A DNA stretch of 64,000 bases from Vicugna vicugna (GCA_013265495.1 MU061579.1:3655319-3719318); one strand, 5' to 3'; positions 1-11,736 are shown, counted from the stretch's first letter. Numbers and translations are program-made. The notes: generated from the letters alone by a model not told the origin.

Positions 1-99
1 TAATAGTCTAATTCAAGATTACTGACTAGTTCAAATGTTGCAAGACCATGGCAAATATTGTAAGAGCATGTACTTTGCACAAAAGCAATTAAGAGAGAT

Positions 100-559
100 T
101 GCATTAGTCACAGTTCTCCAGAGAAACAGAACCACTATGATATGTGTGTATATGGAGAGAGATTTGTTATAATTAGTTTATGTGACTGTTGTGGCTGGCA
201 AGTCCAAATATGAATTGTGGGCCACCAAGCTCAAGATTCAAGAGAGCCAATGGTACAATTCTATTATGAACAATGATGGTCTTGAGACCTAGCAGAGCCA
301 GTGGTGCAGATAAAGCCCAAAGGCAAGCTCCCGGAGAATTCTTTTTTATGTGGGGGAGGGTCAACCCTTTTCCTCTATTTTAACCTTTAACTATTTGGAT
401 ATGGTCCAACCACAGTATGGAGGGCAATATTCTTTCCACTACTAATTAGAATGTTAATCCTATACAAAAACCCTCACAGAAACACCTAGAAAAATGTTTG
501 ACCAAATATGTGAGCAACCTGTGGCTTAGCCAAGTTGACACACAAAACTGACCATCCCA
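100..559 (-). mobile_element. MLT2-family (ERVL) solo LTR, complete, with 5-bp TSD
   Basis: Starts TGCATTAGTCACAGTTCTCCAGAGAAACAGAACC and ends CCAAGTTGACACACAAAACTGACCATCCCA, the reverse complements of the MLT2 termini; flanked by GAGAT at 95-99 and 560-564. Confidence 0.88.
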
Positions 560-2024
560 GAGATCCTGAATCTGGAGCCAAAAAAAGAAAAAAATAATTA
601 AAAGCTGTGTGAAGATGCACTAGTGGGATGTAACATTAGAAAGGATTAATGAGACTCCAGCATAAGGTTTATTATAGTACAATGGTACAATGACACTGAA
701 GAATTCCTAACTGTGAAGGTGTGAGTTGAAAGACATTTCGTTACTCTTATAAGACCCCTTGTTAAAATTATATTATTTTGATTTATATATGTGGAAAATA
801 ATCTTGAAACCAAAGAAATGAAATATAAGGGACAGTCTGCATGTGAGACCTTCTTTTAGAAACATTTTTTTACATATATTGTTTCTACACTACCATTTTT
901 TGAGTTCCCATTAAAAAAAAATTCTTGATATATTGAGTTTCTTGAACTCTAAAATTTCCCATTTAAAATATCACCTCTAGCTACTGTGCATTAGGTTTCT
1001 AGTCATTTTATATCCATTGGCTCTCAGAAATACAGTCAGATATCTTTGTGCCATCTTTACAAATGAAGAAATAGAAAACTAAATTACCCAAGGCCACACA
1101 ACTTTAGAGTCTATCTGACTCTAAATTAGACAAATTTATTAAATGACATAGGAAAAGAAAAAAGTATCCTGACATTCTTCTATTTCATATTTGACCTGCA
1201 AGAATAAGATCAAAGAATAAATGACTCAAAAAACTGGTTTTGAGAGTTTCCCCAGGAATAGCGATTTAATGAGAGGTGAATTAAAGGCAAAGAAACAAAT
1301 AATCAGCATTTAATACAAGTAGCAGATAAATATTTTAATGATAAACTAGAAAAGATGTTTAATGTCCAACTTGAAATAGCTCTCAATAAGTTTTAGATTC
1401 ATACTCAGTGTCTTGATAATGAAATAAAAGCACATGCAAAAAATGAGGGATATTTTCTTGAGAGCAGAAAGGCAAAGTTGATATAATTAGACCCAGAATT
1501 AAGGACTGGGCATAACCTGGTGGAACTAGGGCTGGTCAAACAAGATAAACACATGGTCTGCAAAAATATCAGCAGAATTACACTTTGCAACTAGTTAATA
1601 TTAACAGAATTAATAACTAGATAAACACAAATGGGAGTGAAACCAGTACGGTGTCAAAATATCAAAAGATCTGCAATGAAACATTCAAAGCTGGAAGACT
1701 TCTGGTTTCCAGTTCTACATGCAAGGGTTTAAAAACCCTTCCTTCGTTTCTATCCTTCACTTTTATCCTGAGAAACTATGGGATATTTTATAGTCTATTT
1801 CAGTTCCTTTGCCAAAAAGCTATCAATTACCTACTGATCAAAGTCCTTTATATCTCTCAGAACCGAGTTCAAATATAACCTCCTCCTCAGGAAGATTTCT
1901 CTATGCATTTTTCTCTGCCTTTTCCTGAAAAGTCTTTTTTTTTTTTAATTTCTAAGTTCTCTAGGTTTTGAGATAAAGAGGAAGTTACTCAACTTCTATG
2001 AGCCAAACTCGTTTATCAGTAAAA

Positions 2025-5000
2025 ATAGAGGGGAACGTGGTTTCTGGAACCACATGTAAATAGCTTAGCAGTTGCCACTCTGTTCTAAAGACAACTAAAA
2101 AAAACTGAACATGCTGAAAAATGAGCAAGTCTTCTTCTGTCTGTAAGGGGAGAACACTGTGGTCCCCAAGTCTGGAGAGAAAGACAGGTAAAAATATAGG
2201 GAGCCATGGTTTACTGAAGCAGAGGCTCAAGAGGGGAAACAGGATAGGAACCAGTGCCACGATAGGAACATCTGAACTATAATTGATAAATTGCTGAAGA
2301 ATCATTGTAGACAACTCTGACAGTTAAAAACTAAACCCAGTCCTTAGGGGCCCCCACAATATTGCAAGATTTATCTATAGGACCTTGACCAGGTTTCCGC
2401 AGTCAATACTGAAGAAAAACCCCCTCCAGCAGGAAGAGGAGAAAATAAAACATCAGCATATTCTGTTCTTTCTAATAAGGTCTGTCCTCAGGGGAAACGA
2501 GTTAGTCAGTGCCTAACAACCTGGGGTATTATCAGGGCCTAACTGACCTAGGGGAAGGGAAATAATCAACTCCATCCCACTCTGGTCATTCTGCCTCACT
2601 TAAGAGGGAGAGAAAAGCACTGAGAAATAGTAGCCACGTTCCCGGTCCAGTGGCATAGGCTCACTGGAAGACAGAGGTCTAATCCTAAAGCTTATAGAAC
2701 ACACTGCCTCTCCCCTGCTACCTCACCACCATATTACTAAAGCACTATTTACACAAGTTCTTTTTACCAGGTACTTCATGTCCAACTGCCAGAGAAACAC
2801 TAGAAGGCATACCAAGAGGCAAAAAACACAATTTGAAGATACAGAATAAGAACTGGAAACAGATACGGCAGGGATGTTGGAATTATCAGCCTGAGAATTT
2901 TAAAAAAGTACAATTAGTATTTTAAGGGCACTAATGAATAAAGTAGACAGCATGCAAGAACAAATGGACACTGTGAGAAAAGAGATAAAAATTCTAAGAA
3001 CAACAACAACAAAAAATTCTAGAGATCAAAAACACCGTAACAGAAGTGAAAAATGCCTTTGATGGGCTCATTAGTAGACTGGATAGTGCTGAGGAAAGAA
3101 TCTCAAAGCTTGAGGATTTGACAATAAAAACTTCCAAAGCTGAAAAGCAAAGAGGAAAAATAAACTGAAAAAAACAGAACAGATCATCCAAGAATTGTGA
3201 AACAACTACAAAAAGTACACATAATGGGAATACCAGAAGAAAGAGAGAAAGGAACAGGAAAAAATACTTAAATATTTGAACAAAACTTCCCCCAAATCAA
3301 TGTCAGACACCAAACCAAAGGCACAGGAAACTCAGAGAACAAGATAAATGCAAAAGAAGAAGAAGAAGAAAAAAAGCCTATACCTACAAATATCATTTTC
3401 AAATTATAGAAAATCAAACATAAAAAAACCTAAAAGATACCAGAAGAAAATAAAACTTATATATAAAGGAACAAAGACTAAAATCACATCTGATTTCTCC
3501 TCAGAAACCATTCAAACAAGAAAAAACTGAAGTGAAATAGGGTGTTGAGGAAAACCCCCCACCAAACTAGAATTCGGTAATCTGAGAAACTGGCTTTCAA
3601 GAGTGAGGTAGAAATAAAGTTTTTCTCAGACAAACAAAAATTGAGGAAACAATTTCCCATAGATCTGCCTTGCAAGAAATGTTAAAAGAAGTTCTTTAGA
3701 GAGAAGGAAAATAATATAGGTTATAAACTTGGACTTATATAAAGTAAGGAAGAGCATCAAATGAGTAAGTAAAGGTAACATAAAAACTTTTATTTTTATT
3801 ATTATTAAGAACTAAGAGATAACACTTTGTTTAAAATAATAACAATATATTTGATAAATACATGTGTGAATTTATAGGCACATGGATGCTTACATATAAG
3901 TGAAATAAATGATAGCAATAATACAAGTTTTGAGAAGGAGAAATTAGGATTACTTTGCTACTATATGATAGTCAACTGTCCATCAAGTGGCATCGTACTA
4001 TCTGAAATTAGTCTTGGATTAGCTGTAAATATATATTGCTAAGAAAGAAAATGAAGTCATATAAAATGCTCAATTAAAGCCACAAAAGACAGGAAAAGAG
4101 TGAAAGACAAAAAAAGGAACAAAGAATAAGGGCAATAATAGAAAACAGCAGCAAATATGGTAGATATTAATCTGACTACATCAGTAGTCTCTTTGAACAT
4201 AAAATTGTCTAAATGTACCAATTAAAGACAGAGATGGTCAAAGTAGATCAGAAAATAAGAGCCAACTATAAGCTGCCTACAAGAAATCCATTTAAAATAT
4301 AAAGACACATACATTAAAAGTAAATGGATGGATAAAAACATACTGTACTAACATTAATCAAAAGAAAGCAAGAGTAGTTATATTAATTTCAGACAGAGCA
4401 GACTTCCAAGCAAGGAAAGTTATCAAGGATAAAGGAGGGCATCACATAATGAAAAAGAGGTCAGTTCTTCAAGGACACATAACAATCATTAATGTGTATG
4501 TACATAACAACAGAGCATCAAATTATGTGAGGCAAAAACTAACAGAATTAGAAAGAGAAACAGATGAATCCACTCTTATAGTTGGAGACTTCTAAACCCC
4601 TCTCAGAAATGTACAGATCGAGCAGGTAGAAAATCAGTAAGGCTGTAGCTGAACTCAACAACACCATCAATCAACTGGATATAGTTGGCATCTGCACACT
4701 ATTTCATCCAACAGCAGTAGAACACATCACCACCAATCAACTGGGTTCAATTGATATCCAAAGATGATTTCATCCCACAACATCAGACTACACATTCTTC
4801 TCAAGCTCACATGGAATATGTAGCAAGACAGACCACACTCTGGGCCATAAAACACATTTTAACAAATTTTTAAAGAACAGAAGTAATACAATGTCTGCTC
4901 TCAGATCACAATGGATTTAAACTAGAAATCAATAAAAGAAACACAGCTGGAAATTTTCAAAATACTCAGAGGTTAAACTCCAAATAACACATGAGAATAA

Positions 5001-5365
5001 ATCTCAAGAGAAATTTTAAAATATTTTGAGCTAAAGAAAAATGCAAAGACAAGTTATCAAATGCAAATAAGCATATAAAAAGATTCTCCACATCATATGT
5101 CATCAGGGAAATGCAAATTAAAAGAACAGCAAGATGTCACTACTTATCTATTAGTATGGCCAAAATCTAAAACAATTACATCACCAAATGCTGATGAAGA
5201 CCTGGAGCAACAAGAACTTTTAATCATTACTGGCGGGAATGCAAAATGGTACAGTCACTTTGGAAAAGCCATTTTGACAGTTTTTACAAAACTGAACATA
5301 CTTTACCCATAAATTCCAGCAGTTTCACTCACTGACGTTTACAAAAAGAACTGAAAATTTTATCC
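2025..5365 (+). mobile_element. Old L1 (L1M/L1MC-like): 5' region, ORF1 remnant (~2870-3720), ORF2 endonuclease remnant (~4155-5058), then ORF2 C-terminal remnant
   Basis: A-rich + strand. ORF1 coiled-coil-like sequence (GAAGTGAAAAATGCCTTTGATGGGCTCATTAGTAGACTGG); EN motifs (GCTGCCTACAAGAAA, GTTGGAGACTTC, CTCTCAGATCACAATGG); C-terminal piece CATCAGGGAAATGCAAATTAAA. Many stops and frameshifts. Confidence 0.88.
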
Positions 5366-5367
5366 AG

Positions 5368-5781
5368 TTTTACAGTATTAATTCTTCCAATCTGTGAACA
5401 CAGATTATCTTCTGTATTTTCCTCAATTTTTTTCATCAAAGTCTTGTAAAGAGCAGTCATTTCCTTGGTTAAATTTATTTCTAATTATTTTATTGTTTTT
5501 GATACTATCATGAATGGAATTATTTTCTTTGTTTCTTTTAAGATACTTTGTTTTTAGCATATATAAAAGCAACTCATCTCTATATGTTAAGAGATATATG
5601 TTTATATATATACAGATATATATATATATGTGTGTGTGTTTATATCCTGTAGCTTTAAGTTAATTTGTTGATTAGTTCAAACAGTTTTTTGGTGGGGTAT
5701 TTAGGATTTTCTACATGTTAGATTGTATAATCTGCAAATAAAGATAATTTTACTTCTTTCTTTTTAATTTGGATGCTTTTT
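5368..5781 (-). mobile_element. L1 ORF2 RT fragment (non-inverted part of a 5'-inverted L1)
   Basis: Reverse complement reads AAAAAGCATCCAAATTAAAAAGAAAGAAGTAAAATTATCTTTATTTGCAGATTAT (LFADY, a degenerate LFADD RT motif); contains a TA/TG run at ~5581-5645. Confidence 0.85.
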
Positions 5782-5784
5782 GTT

Positions 5785-6157
5785 ACACATTAAAAGGACT
5801 GTGATCAAGTGGGATTTGTCCCTAGGATGCAAGAATATTTCCATATACACAAATCAATAAAGCTTTTTAATAGAATGAACTAACAATCGTATGATTATCC
5901 CAACAGATATACAATAAAAAGCATCTGACAAAATACAATACGATAAAAATCCTCAGAAAATTTGAGTATAGAAGAAACATATCTCAACCAGTTACAAGAC
6001 TATATAGGACAAACCCACAGTTAACATTATGCTCCAGAGTAAAAGGTTGAAAGCTTTTTTTCTGAGATCCTGAACAAGATAAGGTGCTCAGTCTCACCAC
6101 TCTTGTTCAGTGCAGTACTGGAAGTCCTAGCCAGAGCAATCAGGCAAAGTAAAGAAA
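5785..6157 (+). mobile_element. L1 ORF2 RT fragment (inverted part of the same element)
   Basis: GATCAAGTGGGATTTGTCCCTAGGATGCAAG...CTCACCACTCTTGTTCAGTGCAGTACTGGAAGTCCTAGCCAGAGCAATCAGGCAA (DQVGF.PGMQ...VLEVLARAIRQ). Confidence 0.88.
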
Positions 6158-6651
6158 CTAACTATCTATTAAAACAAAAATCTTGTGATATTCAGCTAAA
6201 TCTAAATTTAGAAACTATCACTCAACATTTATCATCAAAATTTAGGAAATAAATGTACTTGATAAATAAATGTATTTGTGGTTTGTACATGTATTTAAAG
6301 TTTATAAATTTTACATACATATATATAGTTTGATAATTTATTCAATCTTCACATCTGAAAACTGATGCATTATAATTTAAAGTGTAAGTAATATATTAAC
6401 TATAAATATAATTAAATGTCCTGTTTCTAAATCAGAAGCAAACTTAGCCTCTCCAAAATTGAAAGTAAAGGAGATCTAATTTTAATTTCATATCCAGTGA
6501 AAAAAAAGCTTTCAGATATACTCTATATATGCCTGAAAATTAAAATATGCTTTCAATTTTCACATTTTTGCACTCTTGTAAGTGAGAAAAAACTTATTGT
6601 TGGATTGATAATTAAACACAAATATCATATTTCTTAAGGTAATTTATGAAA

Positions 6652-6731
6652 TTCATATTGTAACATGAACATAACCAAGCCTATTATTCAGTTCATACTG
6701 TAACATGAATATAACCAAGGATATTATTCAA
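6652..6731. repeat. 40-bp tandem duplication (2 copies)
   Basis: TTCATATTGTAACATGAACATAACCAAGCCTATTATTCAG followed by TTCATACTGTAACATGAATATAACCAAGGATATTATTCAA. Confidence 0.9.
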
Positions 6732-6910
6732 GTTGTTTGAATAATCCCTGATAAAATACATGTAATTATCTCTATCAGGGAAAGTTGAAGAAAAATAAAA
6801 TTTAATGCAAATAAGCTTTTAAGAAAGAAGTCAGAATAGTTGTCTATTGGATCCAAAGAAAGGTATTAAAGTCAAAGACTGAACCCAGTAATCAAGCATA
6901 AAAAAGAAAC

Positions 6911-6924
6911 AGTTATATAATAGC

Positions 6925-6960
<36 letters not shown>

Positions 6961-7033
6961 ATATATTACATATATTTATAGTTATATAATAGCACCATAT
7001 ATATATATGTTACATATATATATATATAATAGC
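6911..7033. repeat. (TA)n microsatellite with a duplicated flank unit
   Basis: AGTTATATAATAGC(G/A)CCATATATATAT occurs twice around long (TA)n runs. Confidence 0.85.
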
Positions 7034-7157
7034 AAATAGAGTTATGGGCATTGGCTTTAGGTCCCATACAGGGACATGCCGAGTGCTCTGGTACATCACA
7101 TGGGCATTTGAAACTAAAAGTTCCTATTGATTGTTGTAAGATCTGGAAGTAGCCCAC

Positions 7158-7381
7158 TTGGGTACCAATCCCATTCTCTCACTTTATTAGTAAAGCAATT
7201 CTGGAAAAGTTGCAGTTTCCTTATTTGTAAGACAAGAATAATAGTGCTTCATAAGGTTGCCGTGAAGATTAAAAACTATTTAAGCTTGAAAAAGACTTAA
7301 AGCAGTATTTAGCATATAGCAAATTCTTTAATAAACAGTGGTAACTGTTTTACTTTATTATTATTATTGTTATTATTATTT
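7158..7381 (+). mobile_element. MIR SINE
   Basis: CAGTTTCCTTATTTGTAAGACAAGAATAATAG core and (TTA)n tail. Confidence 0.75.
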
Positions 7382-9247
7382 AGTAGTACCATCTTCTTCT
7401 GATCCTTTGCACCCAGAAAATACCTGTCATCTCAAAATAAAATTCTTCTGATAGTATTGAGAATATTTTTACTACCGATAAAAGAAACAAATAACTTTGA
7501 ATGTGTGCTCTAGGGAGGCAGAGTTGTTTCTACTGATGACTTCCTAGCTCTGAAATTGCTTTCCAGAGACACAAGAATGTGAGCCTTGACCTATGAATCA
7601 AAGCACAGAGTCATCCTCTTGACTCAGTCTTTTGTCTTAACGACATAAAAAGATCAATCAGGTAGAGGAGTGATTAAAGCTGAGTTTCTTTCTGTGTATT
7701 TACCCAGAGGCAAAATCAATGAGCATCCCCAGTTAATAATAAAAAAAGTAATAAATGAATAAGTAATCACATACTTTTTTGAAGGAAGTTATGTCTCAGC
7801 CTTGAGGCAGTTGTTGGTCAATTATTGATGGACTGATTCCTGCACATGAATATTTTGAAATGTATCTTTAAATCTCAACATATAATGGCAACCTCTTTCA
7901 TTTACTTCTGAATGAAAAAATAACTGCCTTTTTGTCCCCATATTATTAGTGTAAAAAGGGTCTTAAAGAAGGGCAAGGAGACGAGAGCTGATTTAATATG
8001 AACAACCAAATAGCCCAAAATGTTACCACTGAAAGGTTTCATTACCATGTCAGCAATGTGAAGAAATGAACTCTACTTTCAAAAAATGTCTTTTCCCCCA
8101 TAACATGTGACTGATTTTTAACATGATTCCAATGACATGTTTACTGCTATCAAAAGCAAATGTGATTTATCTCCCCAGGAAAATATTAGACACATTATAG
8201 AAGAGGAGAAAAAGTGTTATGTATGTGGCAATAGTTATACAGGGTTCTTTTTTTCTTAACCACATTCATCCATCATAAACTGACTCACTAATATGTTTTG
8301 TTTACTACCCTAATGAACAGTAACCCAATACTATAGATAGAAAAAAAAATCTTTCTACATGTTACATGGTAAACACAATACTGTCAAATCAGACAGATTG
8401 TTGATCATGATTTAGAATATAAGAAAATGCTTTGAGATCTTGATTTCATTAACAATTCATACCTGAAATACATTGTTATGAAAACAGTTGTAAAAACAAC
8501 TTGGGATATCACTTTGCCATGACATTGTCATGTCTCATTTTTCCAGGTCCAAATCATTAGAGAATTTTATTAAGTTCTTAATAAAATTACTATCTTAGGC
8601 CAGATTATTCTAAAATGCTTAAATTGTGTAGAATTCATAGACTTCATTGTGGCAAGATTTAATGAACACCAAAGATATAACAAAAATGATTAGCCATGTT
8701 CCACTTCAGGAAATTCACTCCCTCGTGGCTTATGGCAAGCTATGATGTTGGAAGCTAATTAGGGTTGAAATAAAGTCTTCAGTATCTGCAAATTTCTTAT
8801 AGCCTTCTTGGTCATGGGTATGATTAATGCTCGAATCATATATAATTTTCAATTAGATACAATAAAATCTTATTAAATATAAGCTGAGAAAGTAAATATT
8901 GAAATCTGCTTTTAAAGATTTCAAAAGAAATTTAAGAGATATAAAAAAAGTGGAGCCACAGAAAAATTGAGTATGGCATTTTGAATGTTGATCCAGCCAA
9001 GAAAACATCTTCTTGGGATTTGGGAGTTTGCATATGCAGTACATTAGTGAGTTGGGAAACAAAAATTTAAAGCTGAGAGTTTACACTTGCAGATGTTAGT
9101 TTCATCCATGGAAGGTTATGTTATATGAACTAAGAAAAGAAGAAAACAGGGAATAAATATATCAGGGATCCCCACCAAGCATGGACAGAGCAAAGATAAG
9201 CTATAAAGTTTGCTGATTTGGTGATTAAAAAAAAAGGTAATAAGGAG

Positions 9248-9362
9248 GAAAAAAGGACACAAATGAACTTATCTACAAAACAGAAGCAGACTCAGAGACA
9301 TAGAGAACAAAGTTATGGTTACCAGAGGGTAGAGGGGGTAGGAAGGGATAAACTGGGAATTC
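9248..9362 (+). mobile_element. Younger lineage-specific L1 3'UTR fragment
   Basis: AAAAAAGGACACAAATGAACTTATCTACAAAACAGAAGCAGACTCAGAGACATAG; same family as the copies at 44502 and 56843. Confidence 0.8.
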
Positions 9363-9369
9363 AAAAATG

Positions 9370-9530
9370 GCACCTCTTGGGGAGTGATAGAAATGTTAGC
9401 TATCTTGATTGTGGTAGTGGTTTCACTGGGGTATACATCCATCAAAATTCATCAAATTGTACATCTGAAATAAATGTAGTTTACTGTACAGGAAATAGAT
9501 CACAATAAAGGTGTTTTAAAAAAAAAGAAA
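9370..9530 (+). mobile_element. Old L1ME-like 3' end
   Basis: GATAGAAATGTTAGCTATCTTGATTGTGGTAGTGGTTTCACTGGGGTATACATCCATCAAAATTCATCAAATTGTACA, then AATAAA and an A tail. Confidence 0.78.
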
Positions 9531-10134
9531 ATGGGTATGAAAAGTTGCTAAGAGAAGAGAGATTTTTTAAAACCTCAGTTTGGAAACAAGATGTATGTGG
9601 ATAGAGAAGAATCTGTGGTGATAAATACTGCAGAATTACAAGTAGGGTAGACACAGGGAACAAATTGGTTTTGACAATGAAATAACTAGGATTTAAGCAT
9701 ACATGTGATATTAGAGAGATTTTGATTAAATAAGGACTGACTATAAACGATAAAAATGGAAACAGCATAGTTTTTCCCTGCAGGAATCATGGTGAAGATG
9801 AGCAGAAGAAGAACAAAGGGTGTATTCAAAGAGAAGGCAGATTATCATTCTGGTTTTAACATGAGGGTCTTTTGAAAGTGTTTATAGACAGATGGAAGTA
9901 AGAGAGAAAATTTGAAGAGGTAGGAAAAATGAATTGATTAACAACATGAAGTCTAGTAAGAGGTAAAAAGAGAAGCAATTCAGCTTACAAGGAGTCTACA
10001 TGGGGAAGTAAACAGTGTCTGAGTGTTAGGTAGTTTAGATAGAAAAGAGCACTGGGCAGGGAGGGAGGGGAGGAACAATCCAAAACACAAGGAGCCTGAG
10101 CTGTCAATTAACAAGAGCACAGAGCACCTGAGTT

Positions 10135-10143
10135 GTCAATCTG

Positions 10144-10178
<35 letters not shown>
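10135..10178. repeat. (TCAA)n microsatellite
   Basis: About 9 perfect TCAA units; preceded by the duplicated motif CCTGAG(C/T)TGTCAAT. Confidence 0.92.
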
Positions 10179-10614
10179 CAAAACCAAGAAACGAACAGCG
10201 CCATTTTTTTCCTCTCTTGGATTGGCCTGCTCCCAATTCTAGGGGGTGTACTATCACAATATTTTTTACTTCACTAATAAAAATCTTGCTTGTATCATGC
10301 TTTCTGTCTCTTATCAAAAAGTCTTTCTTTTTTTCAGGTGACTAAGAACAGAGACAATTCTTATTTTCCTTTTTCCCAGTAACATGAGAAGTAAAACAAG
10401 GCCAGCATTTATTCAACATCTATTTTGCGAGGAACTAGGTATGGATCTTTAAGTACAACTTTCTTTGCACAAAGCTTTTCCTCATTATTCTCTAGGGTGA
10501 TAAAATGTTATCGCTAAATATTAAAATAATACCTGATTTAGAAATAATTGGTTTCAAGAAGAAAACTGCTCACTCTCAACATTTCCACCAATATCTCAAA
10601 TCCACTGCTCACTC

Positions 10615-10760
10615 TTTTTTGTCAGTCTACAAATACTTATTAAACACATGTTAGGAATCAGAGACTACTCCTGCTCTAGCTAATTAAAAGATAAAGAAAA
10701 CAGATGATATTATCTCAACAATCTTATATTCCATATAGGTCAAATAAATAACACAAATTT
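10615..10760 (-). mobile_element. L2 3' end remnant
   Basis: TCAGTCTACAAATACTTATTAAACAC...CTGCTCTAG pattern typical of L2 3' ends. Confidence 0.55.
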
Positions 10761-10982
10761 GGGGGAAAAATGAAAATAACATAATATTCTGGCTTCGAGA
10801 ATTGTTACAAAGAGGATAACTTATGTAATACGGATAACAGTGGCTGTAGACCCGATATTGGGTAGCCTGAAAGCACTTTCTAAGACACTTGATTTGAGGC
10901 CTGAAAATAAGAAATGTAATTAAATAGAACACTTAATTTTGTAGATAAAGCATTTCTAGAAGAATCATCAAAAGTGAATTAC

Positions 10983-11210
10983 CAGAGGGGCTGCGACGCG
11001 ACGGGCCTCCGCGGGCCAGGCTGGGCCTCTGCCAGAGCGCCGGCGGGCAGGGTCGCTGGGACCGTTGGCGGGAGAAGCGGGAGCCGGGGGGCTTGAGGCC
11101 GGCGGCGGGGAGAGGAGGAAACGCCGCCCGGATAGACCCGGGCCCAGCCGCGGGACTGAGCGCCGCGCGCGGAGGAATCTGACTCCGTGGCTGCGCGCTG
11201 CGCCTGACTT
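10983..11210 (-). other. Probable non-coding first exon (5'UTR) of an unidentified minus-strand gene; TSS approximate
   Basis: Minus-strand splice donor CTG|GTAATT (GT at 10982-10981) lies exactly at the GC-rich/AT-rich boundary; no ATG between the ETS site and the donor. Confidence 0.7.
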
Positions 11211-11500
11211 CCGGTAGGCTCCCTCCGCCGGCCGCCCCACCAATACGCCTGGGAGACATTCCTCCTGCCTCATGGACTGAATGGGCTTTGTTTTGACGTG
11301 AGTCTCAACCGAAGGTGAGAAACCCGGAAGTGAGCCCAAAGAAGCGAAGCTGCAGAACCCCAGCAGACAGGTGGTGCAGAATGTCTTCCTGCAGGCTGAG
11401 CATCAGGTGTCCTGGGAGGCTCGGTGGAGGGAGGCCCGGCGTGGGGAGGCCGGGACCAGTGACAGCCGGGGCAGCCGCCCGCCGGGCGTGGGGCAGTTAA
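10985..11500. promoter_or_regulatory. CpG island / probable bidirectional Pol II promoter
   Basis: Abrupt GC- and CpG-rich block in an AT-rich, CpG-depleted background. Outward-facing ETS sites ACTTCCGGT (11207-11215) and CCGGAAGTG (11324-11332), GC box (11232-11237), CCAAT (11240-11244), TGACGTGA (11294-11301). Confidence 0.9.
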
Positions 11501-11714
11501 CCACAAAGCAGGAAAAGAAGTAGCACGGTGGATCTGGCCCTTGGCACACGCTTGGTTTCCAGACTTCCTCTTAGTATAGGACGCATCGCCAAAATGTTGC
11601 CAGTAAAGCAAACCAAAATGTCACCGGCACCTAGCAGTAGAGTGAATTCGCACTAGCCCTTGGCTGAGAAGCCCTGCTGTGAAAAAATGCATTAGGCGGT
11701 TCTGTTTATATGAG

Positions 11715-11736
11715 TGCAGTGCCTCTGGAATGTAGT
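11715..11736 (-). promoter_or_regulatory. ZNF143/SBS-like motif
   Basis: Reverse complement ACTACATTCCAGAGGCACTGCA resembles the extended ACTACA..TTCCCAG..TGC..TGC motif, with slightly short spacing. Confidence 0.4.

Noticed and set aside
1088..1195. Possible internal minus-strand exon (acceptor TTCTTGCAG, donor TGG|GTAATT)
   Set aside because: The body is U-rich with stop codons and overlaps a MIR-like remnant; nothing supports it beyond the splice-like ends.
5097..5312. 71-aa ORF (also 2994-3675, 13997-14215, 44514-45079, 56937-57381, 61428-61909)
   Set aside because: All lie within L1 fossils and are alternative-frame or antisense readings.
10983..11210. Assigning a gene symbol to the minus-strand gene
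   Set aside because: No coding sequence is in the window and I do not reliably recognise the UTR.
10933..11611. Four overlapping Pro/Arg/Ala/Gly-rich ORFs (61-123 aa)
   Set aside because: Expected from stop-codon scarcity in a CpG island. The two longest-reaching minus-strand ORFs start upstream of the probable TSS and read through the splice donor; no recognisable domains.
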